From Caedibacter taeniospiralis (GTDB lineage Bacteria; Pseudomonadota; Gammaproteobacteria; Francisellales; Francisellaceae), in the NCBI RefSeq assembly GCF_002803295.2, contig NZ_PGGB02000015.1, positions 1,528-33,527 on the forward strand: 32,000 nucleotides of DNA, given 5' to 3'. Below are positions 17,380-27,669 of this stretch, piece after piece; the first letter of the stretch is position 1; every line of letters begins with the position of its first letter. The notes below the pieces were generated by a model. That model was not told where the DNA came from and did not search any database. It saw nothing but the letters and a program-made list of their open reading frames with translations. The translations under genes and the position numbers were made by a program.

Positions 17380-18789
17380 ATGTTTAAGAGTTTATCCGAA
17401 CGTTTAGGCAGTTCTCTTGACAAGATTAAAGGTCAAGGTCGATTAACCGAAGACAATATCAAAAGCGCATTACGCGATGTGCGCATGGCGCTACTGGAGG
17501 CAGATGTTGCGCTGCCCGTTGTTAAGCAGTTTATTCAGCGCATCCAGGAGGAAGCACTGGGGGAAAAAATCCGCACCAGTTTAACTCCTGGACAAACCTT
17601 TATTTCAATGGTGAAGCATGAGCTTGAGCACACACTTGGTGAAAAAAATGAAACGCTGAACTTGAACGCTCAACCCCCAGTTGTTATTTTGATGGCAGGG
17701 TTACAGGGTTCAGGAAAAACAACCACAACGGCGAAACTTGCTAAATTTTTAAAGGAACGCCAAAACAAAAAAGTCATGGTGGTCAGTGTTGACGTCTATC
17801 GTCCTGCTGCGATTAAACAATTACAAACGCTGGCAGAATCTCTTAATATAAATTTTTGCCCATCCTCCAGCGATGAAAAGCCACTTGATATTGCCAAAAA
17901 GGCGATGCAGCAAGCCAAACAACAGGTTTGTGATGTCCTTATTCTAGACACGGCAGGTCGTTTACATATCGATGATCAGATGATGGATGAGGTGAAGGCA
18001 CTGCATGAAGCAGTTAAACCGACTGAAACCCTTTTTGTCGTTGACAGTATGACAGGACAAGACGCGGCAAATACGGCTAAAGCCTTTAATGATGCCTTAC
18101 CATTGACGGGAGTAATACTCACAAAGGCAGATGGCGACGCGCGAGGTGGCGCTGCATTGTCCATACGCGAAATCACAGGAAAACCCATTAAGTTTATCGG
18201 GATAGGTGAAAAGACAGATGCGGTTGAACCATTTCATCCTGATCGAATTGCTTCACGCATTCTTGGCATGGGCGATGTGTTATCTCTTATTGAAGAAGTT
18301 GAACAAAAAGTTGACAAAGCTGAAGCAAAGGAGTTAGTCACCAAGCTGAAAAAAGGTAAGTCCTTTACCCTTGAAGACTTCAAGAACCAGCTGCAACAAA
18401 TGAAAAAAATGGGCGGCATTGGCTCTATGCTGGATAAGCTGCCAGGGATGGGTAACATGGGTGCCAATATTCAGGGTAAGGTGAATGACAAAATGTTTGT
18501 GCAAATGGAAGCGATCATTAACTCAATGACGCCTCTTGAGCGCAGAAAGCCCGAGCTGATTAAATCATCACGTAAGCTGCGCATTGCTAAAGGTTCAGGA
18601 ACACAAGTTCAGGATATTAACCGTTTGTTAATGCAGTTTACCCAAATGCAGAAGATGATGAAAAAAATGAGTATGGGAGGAATTGGCAAAATGATGGGGA
18701 CAATGCGCCACATGACACAAATGAAAAACGTGCAAGGCATGATTCCTCCTGGCAAAGGTGGCAAGTTTTTTAAGTCAAGACCGACTTAG
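17380..18789 (+). CDS. ffh: Signal recognition particle protein Ffh
   Basis: GLQGSGKTTT, DTAGR, TKADGDARGGAALS, and a Met-rich M domain. Confidence 0.95.
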   Translation: MFKSLSERLGSSLDKIKGQGRLTEDNIKSALRDVRMALLEADVALPVVKQFIQRIQEEALGEKIRTSLTPGQTFISMVKHELEHTLGEKNETLNLNAQPPVVILMAGLQGSGKTTTTAKLAKFLKERQNKKVMVVSVDVYRPAAIKQLQTLAESLNINFCPSSSDEKPLDIAKKAMQQAKQQVCDVLILDTAGRLHIDDQMMDEVKALHEAVKPTETLFVVDSMTGQDAANTAKAFNDALPLTGVILTKADGDARGGAALSIREITGKPIKFIGIGEKTDAVEPFHPDRIASRILGMGDVLSLIEEVEQKVDKAEAKELVTKLKKGKSFTLEDFKNQLQQMKKMGGIGSMLDKLPGMGNMGANIQGKVNDKMFVQMEAIINSMTPLERRKPELIKSSRKLRIAKGSGTQVQDINRLLMQFTQMQKMMKKMSMGGIGKMMGTMRHMTQMKNVQGMIPPGKGGKFFKSRPT

Positions 18790-18807
18790 TTTAATTTGTT
18801 GAGTACT

Positions 18808-18841
18808 GGTGGATGCGCCTTCAGCTTATCCACCCTACTAC
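18808..18841 (+). repeat. REP-like palindromic element, copy C
   Basis: GGTGGATGCGCCTTCAGCTTATCCACCCTACTAC. It is 29 of 30 identical to the B1 unit and shares the left flank GTTGAGTA(C/T)TGG with B2. It sits between the convergent ffh and PLP-enzyme stops. Confidence 0.75.
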
Positions 18842-18863
18842 TGAAACTCTGGGTAAATAGTTC

Positions 18864-20024
18864 CTAAGCCCGAAGTTCGCGGGTATCTGTCACAAGTCGG
18901 TTATATTCATCGATGAATTCCTGAAATATTGCAAGCGTGTCTACTGACACCTCGCAGCCAATAGATAACCTTAACAACCAGGGGGAAACCTGTAATTGAA
19001 TTTGTTGCAGTTTCTTAACTTCTTTATGTGACATCGTAGCAGGGTGGCTTAGAGAGCTGTGAACCGCACCAAAGCTCAGTGTTTTAGGAAAATAGTATTT
19101 GAGTTTGTTAGATAGCAGCATAAACTGCGACTCATTACGACACTCAACTGCTAACAACAGACCTGAAACAACACTGTTCTTTTTTAGCCAGTGTGCATGT
19201 TTTTGGCTTAAATCACCCGCGTAGTAAATTGCTGCAAACAGGTTACTTTTTTTCAAAAGCGCATATACCTGTGCGGTATTCTCAGCGATTCGCTCCAAAC
19301 GTAAATGCACCGTTTTTAAACTTCTGGACAATAGCCATGACTGGAATGGATCAAGTGCGAAGCCCGTTTGACGAATAATTCTGGCAATCTGATCCTTATA
19401 AAGACTATTGCTTGCAATGACGCCTGAAGTTACATCGGCATGCCCCACCAAATACTTTGTCGAGGACTGCAGGGCAATGTCAGCACCCTGCTTTAACGGC
19501 ATAAAGGCATAGGATGACATCAGTGAATTATCAACGACTAAACAAATATTGTGTGCCTTAGTGATGCGAGCAAGTTCAGCGATAGGAGTGATTTTCTGTA
19601 GAGGATTTGACACTGTCTCACACAATACCATTTTGGTCTTTGCTGTGATTTGTTGCATTAAATTAGCAGGGTTTTGTAAGTCGATCTGCTTAAGAACAAT
19701 ACCACGGGTTTCTGTCATCTCCTCCAGGATAAATGACAAACCTGCATAAAAATCTCCCCCAACGATTAACTCATCGCCCCGGTTAAGCAGTGACAAAATA
19801 ACATTCAATGCCGACAAGCCACTACTTACAGCAAATGCAGCATCTGCCTCATCTAAGATCGCAAGCTGTGCCTCTAAGTATCGCCGTGTTGGATTCTGCA
19901 CGCGCGAATACTCAAAGTCATTTGGCAGATTTTGGTCAAAGGTACTGACCTGGTAAATGGGCATGCTCATCGCATGATAGGCGTCGTTATTTTCAAGATG
20001 AAGTAAGCGCGTTATTCTATTCAT
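18864..20024 (-). CDS. Cys/Met-metabolism PLP-dependent enzyme (cystathionine beta-lyase / gamma-synthase family)
   Basis: YSRVQNPTR, AVSSGLSA, and STKYLVGHADVTSGV carrying the PLP lysine. The exact activity cannot be assigned by eye. Confidence 0.8.
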   Translation of the reverse strand: MNRITRLLHLENNDAYHAMSMPIYQVSTFDQNLPNDFEYSRVQNPTRRYLEAQLAILDEADAAFAVSSGLSALNVILSLLNRGDELIVGGDFYAGLSFILEEMTETRGIVLKQIDLQNPANLMQQITAKTKMVLCETVSNPLQKITPIAELARITKAHNICLVVDNSLMSSYAFMPLKQGADIALQSSTKYLVGHADVTSGVIASNSLYKDQIARIIRQTGFALDPFQSWLLSRSLKTVHLRLERIAENTAQVYALLKKSNLFAAIYYAGDLSQKHAHWLKKNSVVSGLLLAVECRNESQFMLLSNKLKYYFPKTLSFGAVHSSLSHPATMSHKEVKKLQQIQLQVSPWLLRLSIGCEVSVDTLAIFQEFIDEYNRLVTDTRELRA

Positions 20025-20059
20025 ATTTTCACAATTTTCTGTCTGTTCATAGCAAATAT

Positions 20060-22162
20060 TTATTCGATAAGACTGAGGCTTACACGCTGTCGCTCAACAT
20101 CAACACCAATCACTTTAATATGTGGTAGTTGCTGATTAAGACTGATCACTTCATTTGGATGATTTATCCGTTTACTACTTAGTTGTGAAATATGAATCAT
20201 TCCATCATTTTTTAACCCAATATCAACAAATACCCCAAAGTCGGTAATATTGCGTACAACACCAGAAACAACTGCACCAACCTCAAGCGCTTTTATATCC
20301 AGCACATCGGCACTAAATAGGATTGCGGGCAATTCATCTCTGGGGTCAAAACCTGGTTTTTGCAGCTCTTTAATAATGTCGCGCAAGCTTGCCTCGCCAA
20401 TATGATACTGCTTTGAAAAACTGGCAATATTGAGCTGCTGTAATTCTGACGCTGTTTTTTTTAATAACTCTCCTGCAACAGGGTAATGATCAGGGTGCAC
20501 CCCCGTATTATCTAAGACATCACAAGCATCAGGAATACGCATAAAGCCTGAACACTGCTCAAAAGCTTTTTCCCCGAGACCTTTAACCTTTTTGATCTCA
20601 GTAATACGCTTAAACGCCCCATGTACCTGGCGATAATTCACTATCTCTTTTGCTAAACGAGGGCTTAAACCTGCAACATATGACAACAGTTTATCCGACG
20701 CGGTGTTGAGATTCACGCCCACATTATTCACCACAGTCTCAGTGACATCATGCAGCTTCTGTGTCAGCTTCTTTTGATCCACATCATGCTGATATTGTCC
20801 CACTCCCAAAGCCTTAGGGTCAATTTTAACCAGTGCGGCCATAGGATTCTGCAATCTTTGTGCAATCGATATAGCCCCTCTGATCGTCACATCTAGATCA
20901 GGATATTCTTCGTGTGCAAGCTTGGAGGCAGAATAAACTGAAGCACCTGCCTCAGATACAACGGTATAACACAACTTATGCACTTCCTCTTCATTGTATT
21001 TGGCAAAAAAATCCTGAAGCTCACGCGAGGCCGTTCCATTGCCAATAGCAACCGTATCAATCTGGTATTTCTCAACCAGTGATTTGACGATCTTTTTCGC
21101 CTCTGAAACTTTGTTATGAGGCGCAGCAGGATAGATTACACCTTGCGCTAAATACATGCCTTTAGCATCAATAACCGCAAGTTTGGCACCTGTTTTAAAC
21201 CCTGGATCCACGCCTAAAATCGCATTTGCCTTGACAGGTGGGCTCATAAGCAACTGGCTTAGGTTCTCAGCAAAGACGCAAATGGCTGAGCTTTCAGCCT
21301 TTTCTTTTAATTGATTGATTAACTCACGTTCAATCGCAGGATACAGCAGCCTCTTATAGCCATCATAATAAGCTTCTAGTAGTAACTTGACGACAGTTCC
21401 TGCATTTCTTGGCAACTTATAACGCTCTATGGTTTCTTTGTAATGTTCATGATCAATCTCAACCTTCAGACTAAGCTCTTTTTCTGCCACTCCCCTGAAA
21501 ATTGCCAAAAGCCGATGTGCAGGAACTTTATTGATATTCGCTTGATATTGATCAAACTGAGTAAAATTACCTTGCGCATTACAGCTTTTTGTCGCCTTAA
21601 CATGTAACACCCCAAAACGTGAAGCCTGATCGCGCACAAACATACGCTCTTTTGGGCTATCTGCATATATCTCTGCGGCAATATCCATCGCCCCCTGTAC
21701 GGCTTCTTCGATAGTTTTCGTCTCGCCTTTAACAAACGATTTTGCCCGTGCATAAAACACATCTTCACTGTCATAAGCTTTGATGAGTATATCCGCAAGT
21801 CCCTGCAATCCCTTCTCAATAGCTGCTTGCGCACGCGTATTGCGCTTTTGTTTATAAGGCTGGTAGATATCTTCAAGCTCATTCAGGGTTTGGACTGAGG
21901 CTAGTGCTTGCTTTAATTTATCGTCATATAAGTTGCGTTCAATCAAGGTACGCGCGATTTCATCTTTGCGCAGCTCAAGTTTTTGCAGATATTGGTAATG
22001 CTCATGAAAATCCCTAAGCTCTGCATCGCTTGCGCCGTTAGTCATTTCTTTACGATAACGCGCAATAAAAGGAATAGTTGCTCCCCCTTCTAATAAGGAA
22101 ACAATATTTTCAACGGACTTGATGGATAAGCCACTTTTTGTAGCAAGGCATTGTAAGTTCAT
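20060..22162 (-). CDS. tex: Tex-like transcription accessory protein (S1 RNA-binding domain)
   Basis: N-terminal IPFIARYRKEMT, YqgF/RuvC-like GVDPGFKTGAKLAVID, HhH region, VGQYQHDV, and C-terminal S1 domain GAVVSGVVRNITDFGVFVDIG. Confidence 0.9.
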   Translation of the reverse strand: MNLQCLATKSGLSIKSVENIVSLLEGGATIPFIARYRKEMTNGASDAELRDFHEHYQYLQKLELRKDEIARTLIERNLYDDKLKQALASVQTLNELEDIYQPYKQKRNTRAQAAIEKGLQGLADILIKAYDSEDVFYARAKSFVKGETKTIEEAVQGAMDIAAEIYADSPKERMFVRDQASRFGVLHVKATKSCNAQGNFTQFDQYQANINKVPAHRLLAIFRGVAEKELSLKVEIDHEHYKETIERYKLPRNAGTVVKLLLEAYYDGYKRLLYPAIERELINQLKEKAESSAICVFAENLSQLLMSPPVKANAILGVDPGFKTGAKLAVIDAKGMYLAQGVIYPAAPHNKVSEAKKIVKSLVEKYQIDTVAIGNGTASRELQDFFAKYNEEEVHKLCYTVVSEAGASVYSASKLAHEEYPDLDVTIRGAISIAQRLQNPMAALVKIDPKALGVGQYQHDVDQKKLTQKLHDVTETVVNNVGVNLNTASDKLLSYVAGLSPRLAKEIVNYRQVHGAFKRITEIKKVKGLGEKAFEQCSGFMRIPDACDVLDNTGVHPDHYPVAGELLKKTASELQQLNIASFSKQYHIGEASLRDIIKELQKPGFDPRDELPAILFSADVLDIKALEVGAVVSGVVRNITDFGVFVDIGLKNDGMIHISQLSSKRINHPNEVISLNQQLPHIKVIGVDVERQRVSLSLIE

Positions 22163-22206
22163 GAAGCTTTAAGAGGTTTCAATTGTGGCTGCTATCTTCA
22201 GTGATT

Positions 22207-23202
22207 TTATTGGTAATGTCCACTATTATCCGCCTGGATCCACGCTGCCACATCTAATGCACTATAAGTCAGAATAAGCTTGGCGCCTGCGCGCTTGATT
22301 GCTGTTAATGACTCTAGCAACACCGCTTTTTCATCAAGCCAGCCTTTTTCCGCTGCCGCCTTAATCATGGCATACTCACCGCTAACGTGATATGCCGCTA
22401 CAGGTAAATGGGTATTTCGCCTGACATCTTGAATGATGTCCAAGTAGCTCAATGCAGGCTTCACCATCAAAAAATCCGCTCCTTCATCCTCATCCATTTG
22501 TGCTTCTTTTAGTGCCTCACTTTTATTGCGATAATCCATCTGATAAGATTTTCTATCCCCCTTAGGTGTTGAGTCACAGGCACTTCTAAAAGGACCATAA
22601 AAACCTGAAGCATATTTCACGGCATAAGACATAATTGCTACTTCACTATAATCATTTTGATCAAGCGCATAACGCATTGCCTGAATCATGCCATCCATCA
22701 TGCCACTAGGCGCCACAATATCTGCTCCCGCTTTAGCATGTGACACTGCTGTTTTTTGCAAGATATCTAAAGTCTGGTCATTACTGATTTCTTCGTTATG
22801 CACAATGCCACAATGACCGTCTGTGGTGTATGCGCACAAACACACGTCAGTTGCAATAAGTAAGCCTGGATACAAGCTTTTAATTTCGCAAATTGCCTGC
22901 TGTACAATGCCATTATCCGCGTAATTTTCAGATGCGTATTTATCTTTAATGGCAGGAAGTCCAAACAGCATAATTGATAAAACACCCGATTTTTTAATCT
23001 CTTCAATCAACTCTGGCAACCGATCCAAAGACCAATGATATTGATTTGGCATCCCGTTGATTTCGCGTTTGATATCATATCCATGAACCACAAAGACAGG
23101 ATACATGAAATCGCTCACATGTAATCGCACCTCAGCAACCTGCTCTCTTAAGCTCGCATTACGACGCAGTCTTCTGGGGCGTGTTACAGGGAAAAAGCCC
23201 AT
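22207..23202 (-). CDS. hemB: Porphobilinogen synthase (delta-aminolevulinate dehydratase), Zn type
   Basis: MGFFPVTRPRRLRR start at ATG 23202, one base after the yhbY stop (TAAGATG). Cys-rich metal site DVCLCAYTTDGHCG. Schiff-base region FLMVKPALSYLD. The longer track ORF would overlap yhbY. Confidence 0.9.
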   Translation of the reverse strand: MGFFPVTRPRRLRRNASLREQVAEVRLHVSDFMYPVFVVHGYDIKREINGMPNQYHWSLDRLPELIEEIKKSGVLSIMLFGLPAIKDKYASENYADNGIVQQAICEIKSLYPGLLIATDVCLCAYTTDGHCGIVHNEEISNDQTLDILQKTAVSHAKAGADIVAPSGMMDGMIQAMRYALDQNDYSEVAIMSYAVKYASGFYGPFRSACDSTPKGDRKSYQMDYRNKSEALKEAQMDEDEGADFLMVKPALSYLDIIQDVRRNTHLPVAAYHVSGEYAMIKAAAEKGWLDEKAVLLESLTAIKRAGAKLILTYSALDVAAWIQADNSGHYQ

Positions 23203-23203
23203 C

Positions 23204-23488
23204 TTACTCCCCTTTTTTCTTTGGTTTCCTGCGATACAAAATCGAAATATTACCAATAAGCTGCACTAACTCACACTTCATTTTTTGGCAAATCTCTTCT
23301 GTTACTGTTTGGCGAACCTCTTTTTCAGCGCCTGCTATTTTGACTTTAATCAGCTCATGAGCTACCAGAGCCAGATCGATTTCAACCAATACATTTTCAG
23401 TTAAACCTTTTTCACCCAGCAGTACCACTGGGTTTAAACCATGTGCCTGCGCCTTTAGCTGCTGACGTTGTTGTGATGTCAATGCCAT
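23204..23488 (-). CDS. yhbY: CRS1/YhbY-family RNA-binding (ribosome assembly) protein
   Basis: LTSQQRQQLKAQAHGLNPVVLLGEKGLTENVLVEIDLAL..HELIKVK matches the YhbY pattern. 94 aa. Confidence 0.8.
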   Translation of the reverse strand: MALTSQQRQQLKAQAHGLNPVVLLGEKGLTENVLVEIDLALVAHELIKVKIAGAEKEVRQTVTEEICQKMKCELVQLIGNISILYRRKPKKKGE

Positions 23489-23749
23489 ATTTTCCTCTAC
23501 TTTTTAAATTGTAATTTATTAAACTCGGCTATTTTATACTTATTTGATGGGCTTTAACTACTTTTACTTCAAAGGAACTTGGCACTCGTAATTCGCAAAC
23601 CGGTGCAATTTTAAAAGGCGACACACACCCCTGCAGCAAGAACAATTTCTACAGCTCCGCCGAATTTCTTGGAGTATTACAATCTGGAGTTACAATATAG
23701 AAACTCGAGAATCTAACTAGCCCCAGCATTATTGTCCAAAAACCTTGTT

Positions 23750-24526
23750 TTATAAAAGCTTCTGCTGCTCCCATAGTGCATCTAATTCATCGGCATTAGC
23801 ATCAAGCATGCTGCGATTCTGCTGTTTTAGCGCGCCTTCAATACCTCGAAAGCGTGTGGAGAACTTATGATTAGCCTGGCGCATTAATGCCTCTGGGTCA
23901 GCTTTTAAGTGCCTGGCAAGGTTCACACAGGTAAATAATAAATCCCCCAACTCCTCTTCGGCTTTCTTCTGATCACAAAGTAACACTTCTTTGAGCTCTT
24001 CTACTTCACTCTCAAGCCTGGCAAAAACATCTTCAATGCTGTGCCAATCAAAGCCGACACTCGCAGCCCTTGTTTGCATTTTCTTGGCTACTAGCATTGC
24101 AGGCATATTCAACGCAATCCCATCTAACTCGCTTTGACCCCTGCCACGTTCTTTGCGTTTAATCTCCAGCCATTCTTTCTCTAATGCTGCAACCTCTTTG
24201 ATCTGCCCCGCTGCAAAGACATTGGGATGGCGAGCGATAAGCTTTTTCGTCAACGCATCAACAATATCATCAAAATCAAATAGCCCTTCCTCTTTAGCAA
24301 TTTGCGCATAAAAAACAATTTGATTTAATAAATCTGCCAGTTCATATTTAACGAAATCTGTGGTGTGATGTTCGATGGCATCGACAAGCTCATATGCCTC
24401 TTCAATTGTGTACTCGGTTAAGGTGCGCCAGGTCTGCTCAATTGTCCAGGCACAACCCTTATCCTTATCGCGCATCGTTGCCATCACATGCAGAAGATCA
24501 CTCAATTGATATTGCTTAGAAGACAT
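23750..24526 (-). CDS. mazG: Nucleoside triphosphate pyrophosphohydrolase MazG
   Basis: Two MazG repeats with EEAYELVDAIE and EELGDLLF motifs. 258 aa. Confidence 0.85.
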   Translation of the reverse strand: MSSKQYQLSDLLHVMATMRDKDKGCAWTIEQTWRTLTEYTIEEAYELVDAIEHHTTDFVKYELADLLNQIVFYAQIAKEEGLFDFDDIVDALTKKLIARHPNVFAAGQIKEVAALEKEWLEIKRKERGRGQSELDGIALNMPAMLVAKKMQTRAASVGFDWHSIEDVFARLESEVEELKEVLLCDQKKAEEELGDLLFTCVNLARHLKADPEALMRQANHKFSTRFRGIEGALKQQNRSMLDANADELDALWEQQKLL

Positions 24527-25292
24527 CTTTACGCGCCCTTAATTCACAAAAAGCAGTTCTGGCATCAATGATCTGTTCATTGCTTTGCCTCAAAATCCGC
24601 CTTAACCTTGACTCTCCTGCGCGAAAGAAAATATTCATTTCTCTTTCATCCCCCAAAGTTGTAATGGGTTTATCCTCTGGTACAACACCACTGACTTGAT
24701 TTGACCATTTTTTATAGGTCAAATCCTCAGAATCAATGCTTTGGGCGAAGGCCAAATTACCCTCAAAGTAATCATGCGCTGGATAAAGCTTTGTTTCAGC
24801 GGGAAGTTTTTTGAGTTTTTCGATACTCTCATAGAGCATTTTCACATCTGCCGTCACATCCTTAACATTACCCACGCCTGCAGTAAAAATGGTATCACCA
24901 CAAAAAAGCAGCTCCTCCATCGGAAAATAAAAGCTAACATGCGAGGCAATGTGTCCAGGACAGGGAATTACCTGACACAAAGTCGTTGCAAATAAAATCC
25001 TCATTTCCTCGCTAACGATGTAATCAACCTTACCCCCGCGGTATTCTATAAAATTGCCATAGACAGGAATAGCGTATTTACCTTTCAAGCATGCAGCCGC
25101 AGCAACGTGATCATGGTGATTATGTGTCAATAAAATGGCTTCTGGCTGGATGCCGTTTTCTGTTAAAAAACTTTCATAATGCGTTGACAACGTTGGGTCG
25201 ACAATGAGTCCCGTTTTTTTCCAGCTATTGACGATTAAATAATTATAATTGCGTAAGGGATTATTTAGGTACCATCGCTTAACATATATCAT
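24516..25292 (-). CDS. MBL-fold hydrolase, hydroxyacylglutathione hydrolase (GloB)-like
   Basis: NYNYLIV, THNHHDH (HxHxDH), PGHIASH, CGDTIF, AHDYFEGNLAFA, NIFFRA. 11-nt overlap with the mazG start. Confidence 0.8.
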   Translation of the reverse strand: MIYVKRWYLNNPLRNYNYLIVNSWKKTGLIVDPTLSTHYESFLTENGIQPEAILLTHNHHDHVAAAACLKGKYAIPVYGNFIEYRGGKVDYIVSEEMRILFATTLCQVIPCPGHIASHVSFYFPMEELLFCGDTIFTAGVGNVKDVTADVKMLYESIEKLKKLPAETKLYPAHDYFEGNLAFAQSIDSEDLTYKKWSNQVSGVVPEDKPITTLGDEREMNIFFRAGESRLRRILRQSNEQIIDARTAFCELRARKDVF

Positions 25293-26461
25293 TGCGACTC
25301 CAACAATAACTTTTCAAATTCATGCTGCAATTTCTGTCCCTCATGCGCTCTTGATTGATACTCTGCCAGCTTCGATTTTAACAGCATGAGTTTTGCCTGA
25401 TCAATTTTTTTCAACTCATTGTGGTGAACCACGTGGAGATTGCTCTCAATAAAACTCAAATCGTTATGTAACAAAGCATGTGTCATAACCAGAAGATTTA
25501 GTGCCTGATCCTCATGTGTCTTTTCTTTTAACCAGCAAGACTTGATAAATTCATCAGTGACTTCATCCTTGCCAAGCTCAAGATACAGTAAACTCAATTC
25601 ATATTGGAGTGAGCTTACGAGTCGTTTTTGCATTCTTTCTCTCAATTCATCTTGTGAGATCAAGCCAGAAAGGCGCTTAAAGTAACAATATTCCACCCGA
25701 GCTGATACTGCGTAAGACCGAGGTAAGCCAAGCCAAATTTCATTCAGATCGCGCAATGAGACAACCTGCTGCAGCAAAGCATAAAAATAGTCATCTAACG
25801 AGGCTTGAGATAATATTCTTTGGTACTTTACAATGCTGTTCTTAGCACCAATACACTCTTTTTGCCTTATCTGGCTATTGATCAAAGCATCAACGATTTC
25901 AAGACTATTGGGCTCCTCTTTTACGAGTGTTTGCAGCAAAGACAACGCTGCACTAAAAGCCCCTGCTTTATAAAAAATCATCGCCTGGTAATAGCGCCAG
26001 ATAAATCGATCTTTAACATCTTCCTTGACTGATTGCAGAATACTTTGCAGCTCCTGGCACTTACCCTGTACCAATAGACTCTGCCAATAAAGTACCGTCA
26101 AACCATCGCCAATAACAGGCAATGAAACCTGAGCTTGAGCCCTGTGCTTTTCCAAACCGATATAGTCCCTGATAAAATAGCTCTTTTGTCTATTGATCAG
26201 CTGCTGAATAAGCTTCTGACACTTACGCTTATGTAAGCCCTGCCACCATTGCGCAGGGCTTAGCAAAACAAGCTTCAGTACATGATACAAAAGACCTGAC
26301 ACTAGAAAAAAAACAACTATGAGCACCACAAAAAGCCATAAAGGCAGCTTAACAAGTGTATCATCAACAAAGAATGCCACTACGCCTGGGTGAGATAAAA
26401 CCCATAAGCTGCCCAATACTGCCAGGGCACAAACCAGACCTAAGCCTATTGCCTTTTTCAT
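25289..26461 (-). CDS. hemY: HemY-like membrane/TPR protein
   Basis: Two N-terminal TM segments followed by a helical repeat region with HemY architecture. ATGA-type overlaps on both sides. Position after hemX. Confidence 0.7.
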   Translation of the reverse strand: MKKAIGLGLVCALAVLGSLWVLSHPGVVAFFVDDTLVKLPLWLFVVLIVVFFLVSGLLYHVLKLVLLSPAQWWQGLHKRKCQKLIQQLINRQKSYFIRDYIGLEKHRAQAQVSLPVIGDGLTVLYWQSLLVQGKCQELQSILQSVKEDVKDRFIWRYYQAMIFYKAGAFSAALSLLQTLVKEEPNSLEIVDALINSQIRQKECIGAKNSIVKYQRILSQASLDDYFYALLQQVVSLRDLNEIWLGLPRSYAVSARVEYCYFKRLSGLISQDELRERMQKRLVSSLQYELSLLYLELGKDEVTDEFIKSCWLKEKTHEDQALNLLVMTHALLHNDLSFIESNLHVVHHNELKKIDQAKLMLLKSKLAEYQSRAHEGQKLQHEFEKLLLESQ

Positions 26462-27669
26462 ATTGAGTCACCCTTCGATGGTGACTCTGGTAATGTCTCG
26501 CCAACCTTTTTATCCACCAATAATGAAGAGATGAGTCTGTCAACACCTTGCTCTATTTGGGCCATCGGAACCTCGTTTACCGCTGAAATAAGATTGATGA
26601 CTTTCTTTGCATTGTCATCGGCAACAAAATACTGCTCCACTGTTTTGATCAAAGCTTGCTTCAGCGTTGCTATCATCTTGGTATTATTATTTATAACACC
26701 CAGTTTTAGCTGCCACAATAAATTATAGAGACTTGACAATAGCTTGATGTGCCCATCTTGTGCCAATAACACTCGGTCTTGAGGTGCTATTTTCTGCACT
26801 TGTATAAGCGATTTCATTTGCTGCCACGACTGTGCTAAGGCATCGCGCCAACCTGTTTCATCGGATTTATATGTGCTTGTTATTCGATGATCTCTTTCAT
26901 CGCTTATTGTGCTAAGTGGTGGCAAAATTTTCAGATCCAATAAGCCTTCCTGCACAGCATTAATGCGTAAAAAGTTTTCTTCAACACTTGGCAGATTTTT
27001 TATTTGCACAATAAGTGAATCCATTTCAGGCATCCACTTCCCTGCCTGATCAACATTCATTAACATGGTTTTTGCTTGATTGAGAAACAGTAGCGTTTGT
27101 GTTTTACTGCCTAAAACCTGCCAGGCCTGTTTGCTAAAATTGAGATTTAAAACAACTGCCTGCTTATACATCTGCTGCATTTGTTGGCTTAGCGTAGAGC
27201 TTGGCAGCAAATAACTTTGTTGCACTTGGGCAAGCTTTTGCTCCAGTTGAGCCTGGCTCAGATTATTCGCATCTAATGCCTCTTTTAGTGCGCTTTGCTG
27301 CTTAGTTTGATTACCCTCCAGAGTGCCTAGCGCTTTTCGCTGCCGTTCTAGCTCCTGTGACTGAGCATCAACCGTATTTTGTAGTGCATTGATCTTAAGA
27401 ACATCTTTCTCCACAGGCTTTTCTGCCCTCATTATTGCCGCCTGTTGCAAAGCCTCGTTATAACCCTGCTGTTTGTATAAAGCAAACAGGCTTGCACCTA
27501 AACCCGCAATCGCAAAAACAGCGACCAAAATAAATATAGCAACATAGCCGCGCCAACCTCCAGATCCAGAGAAAGACTTGTTCGCTGACGCACTTCGAGT
27601 CTCAGGGGGGATTTCCAAGGTGTGCGTTAAGCTCATTTTTTCATCGGCTCTATTTATTTTCTCTGACAT
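26458..27669 (-). CDS. hemX: HemX-like membrane protein
   Basis: One TM segment (YVAIFILVAVFAIAGLGASLFAL), a Q-rich coiled coil, and a C-terminal WRDALAQSWQQMKSLI..V..DDNAKKVI segment paralleling E. coli HemX WRINLQKSWQNF...DDATTKAF. Confidence 0.7.
   Translation of the reverse strand: MSEKINRADEKMSLTHTLEIPPETRSASANKSFSGSGGWRGYVAIFILVAVFAIAGLGASLFALYKQQGYNEALQQAAIMRAEKPVEKDVLKINALQNTVDAQSQELERQRKALGTLEGNQTKQQSALKEALDANNLSQAQLEQKLAQVQQSYLLPSSTLSQQMQQMYKQAVVLNLNFSKQAWQVLGSKTQTLLFLNQAKTMLMNVDQAGKWMPEMDSLIVQIKNLPSVEENFLRINAVQEGLLDLKILPPLSTISDERDHRITSTYKSDETGWRDALAQSWQQMKSLIQVQKIAPQDRVLLAQDGHIKLLSSLYNLLWQLKLGVINNNTKMIATLKQALIKTVEQYFVADDNAKKVINLISAVNEVPMAQIEQGVDRLISSLLVDKKVGETLPESPSKGDSI

Noticed and set aside
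23580-23597. Sigma54-like TGGCAC-N-TTCGCA motif
   Set aside because: The GG-to-GC spacing is two nucleotides too long for the -24/-12 consensus. It also points into the 3-prime end of the oppositely oriented mazG, so it has no target gene.
23670-23698. Imperfect tandem TGGAGTATTACAAT / TGGAGTTACAAT
   Set aside because: Only two short AT-rich copies with an indel. It could be an operator, but chance similarity is just as likely. There is no supporting context.
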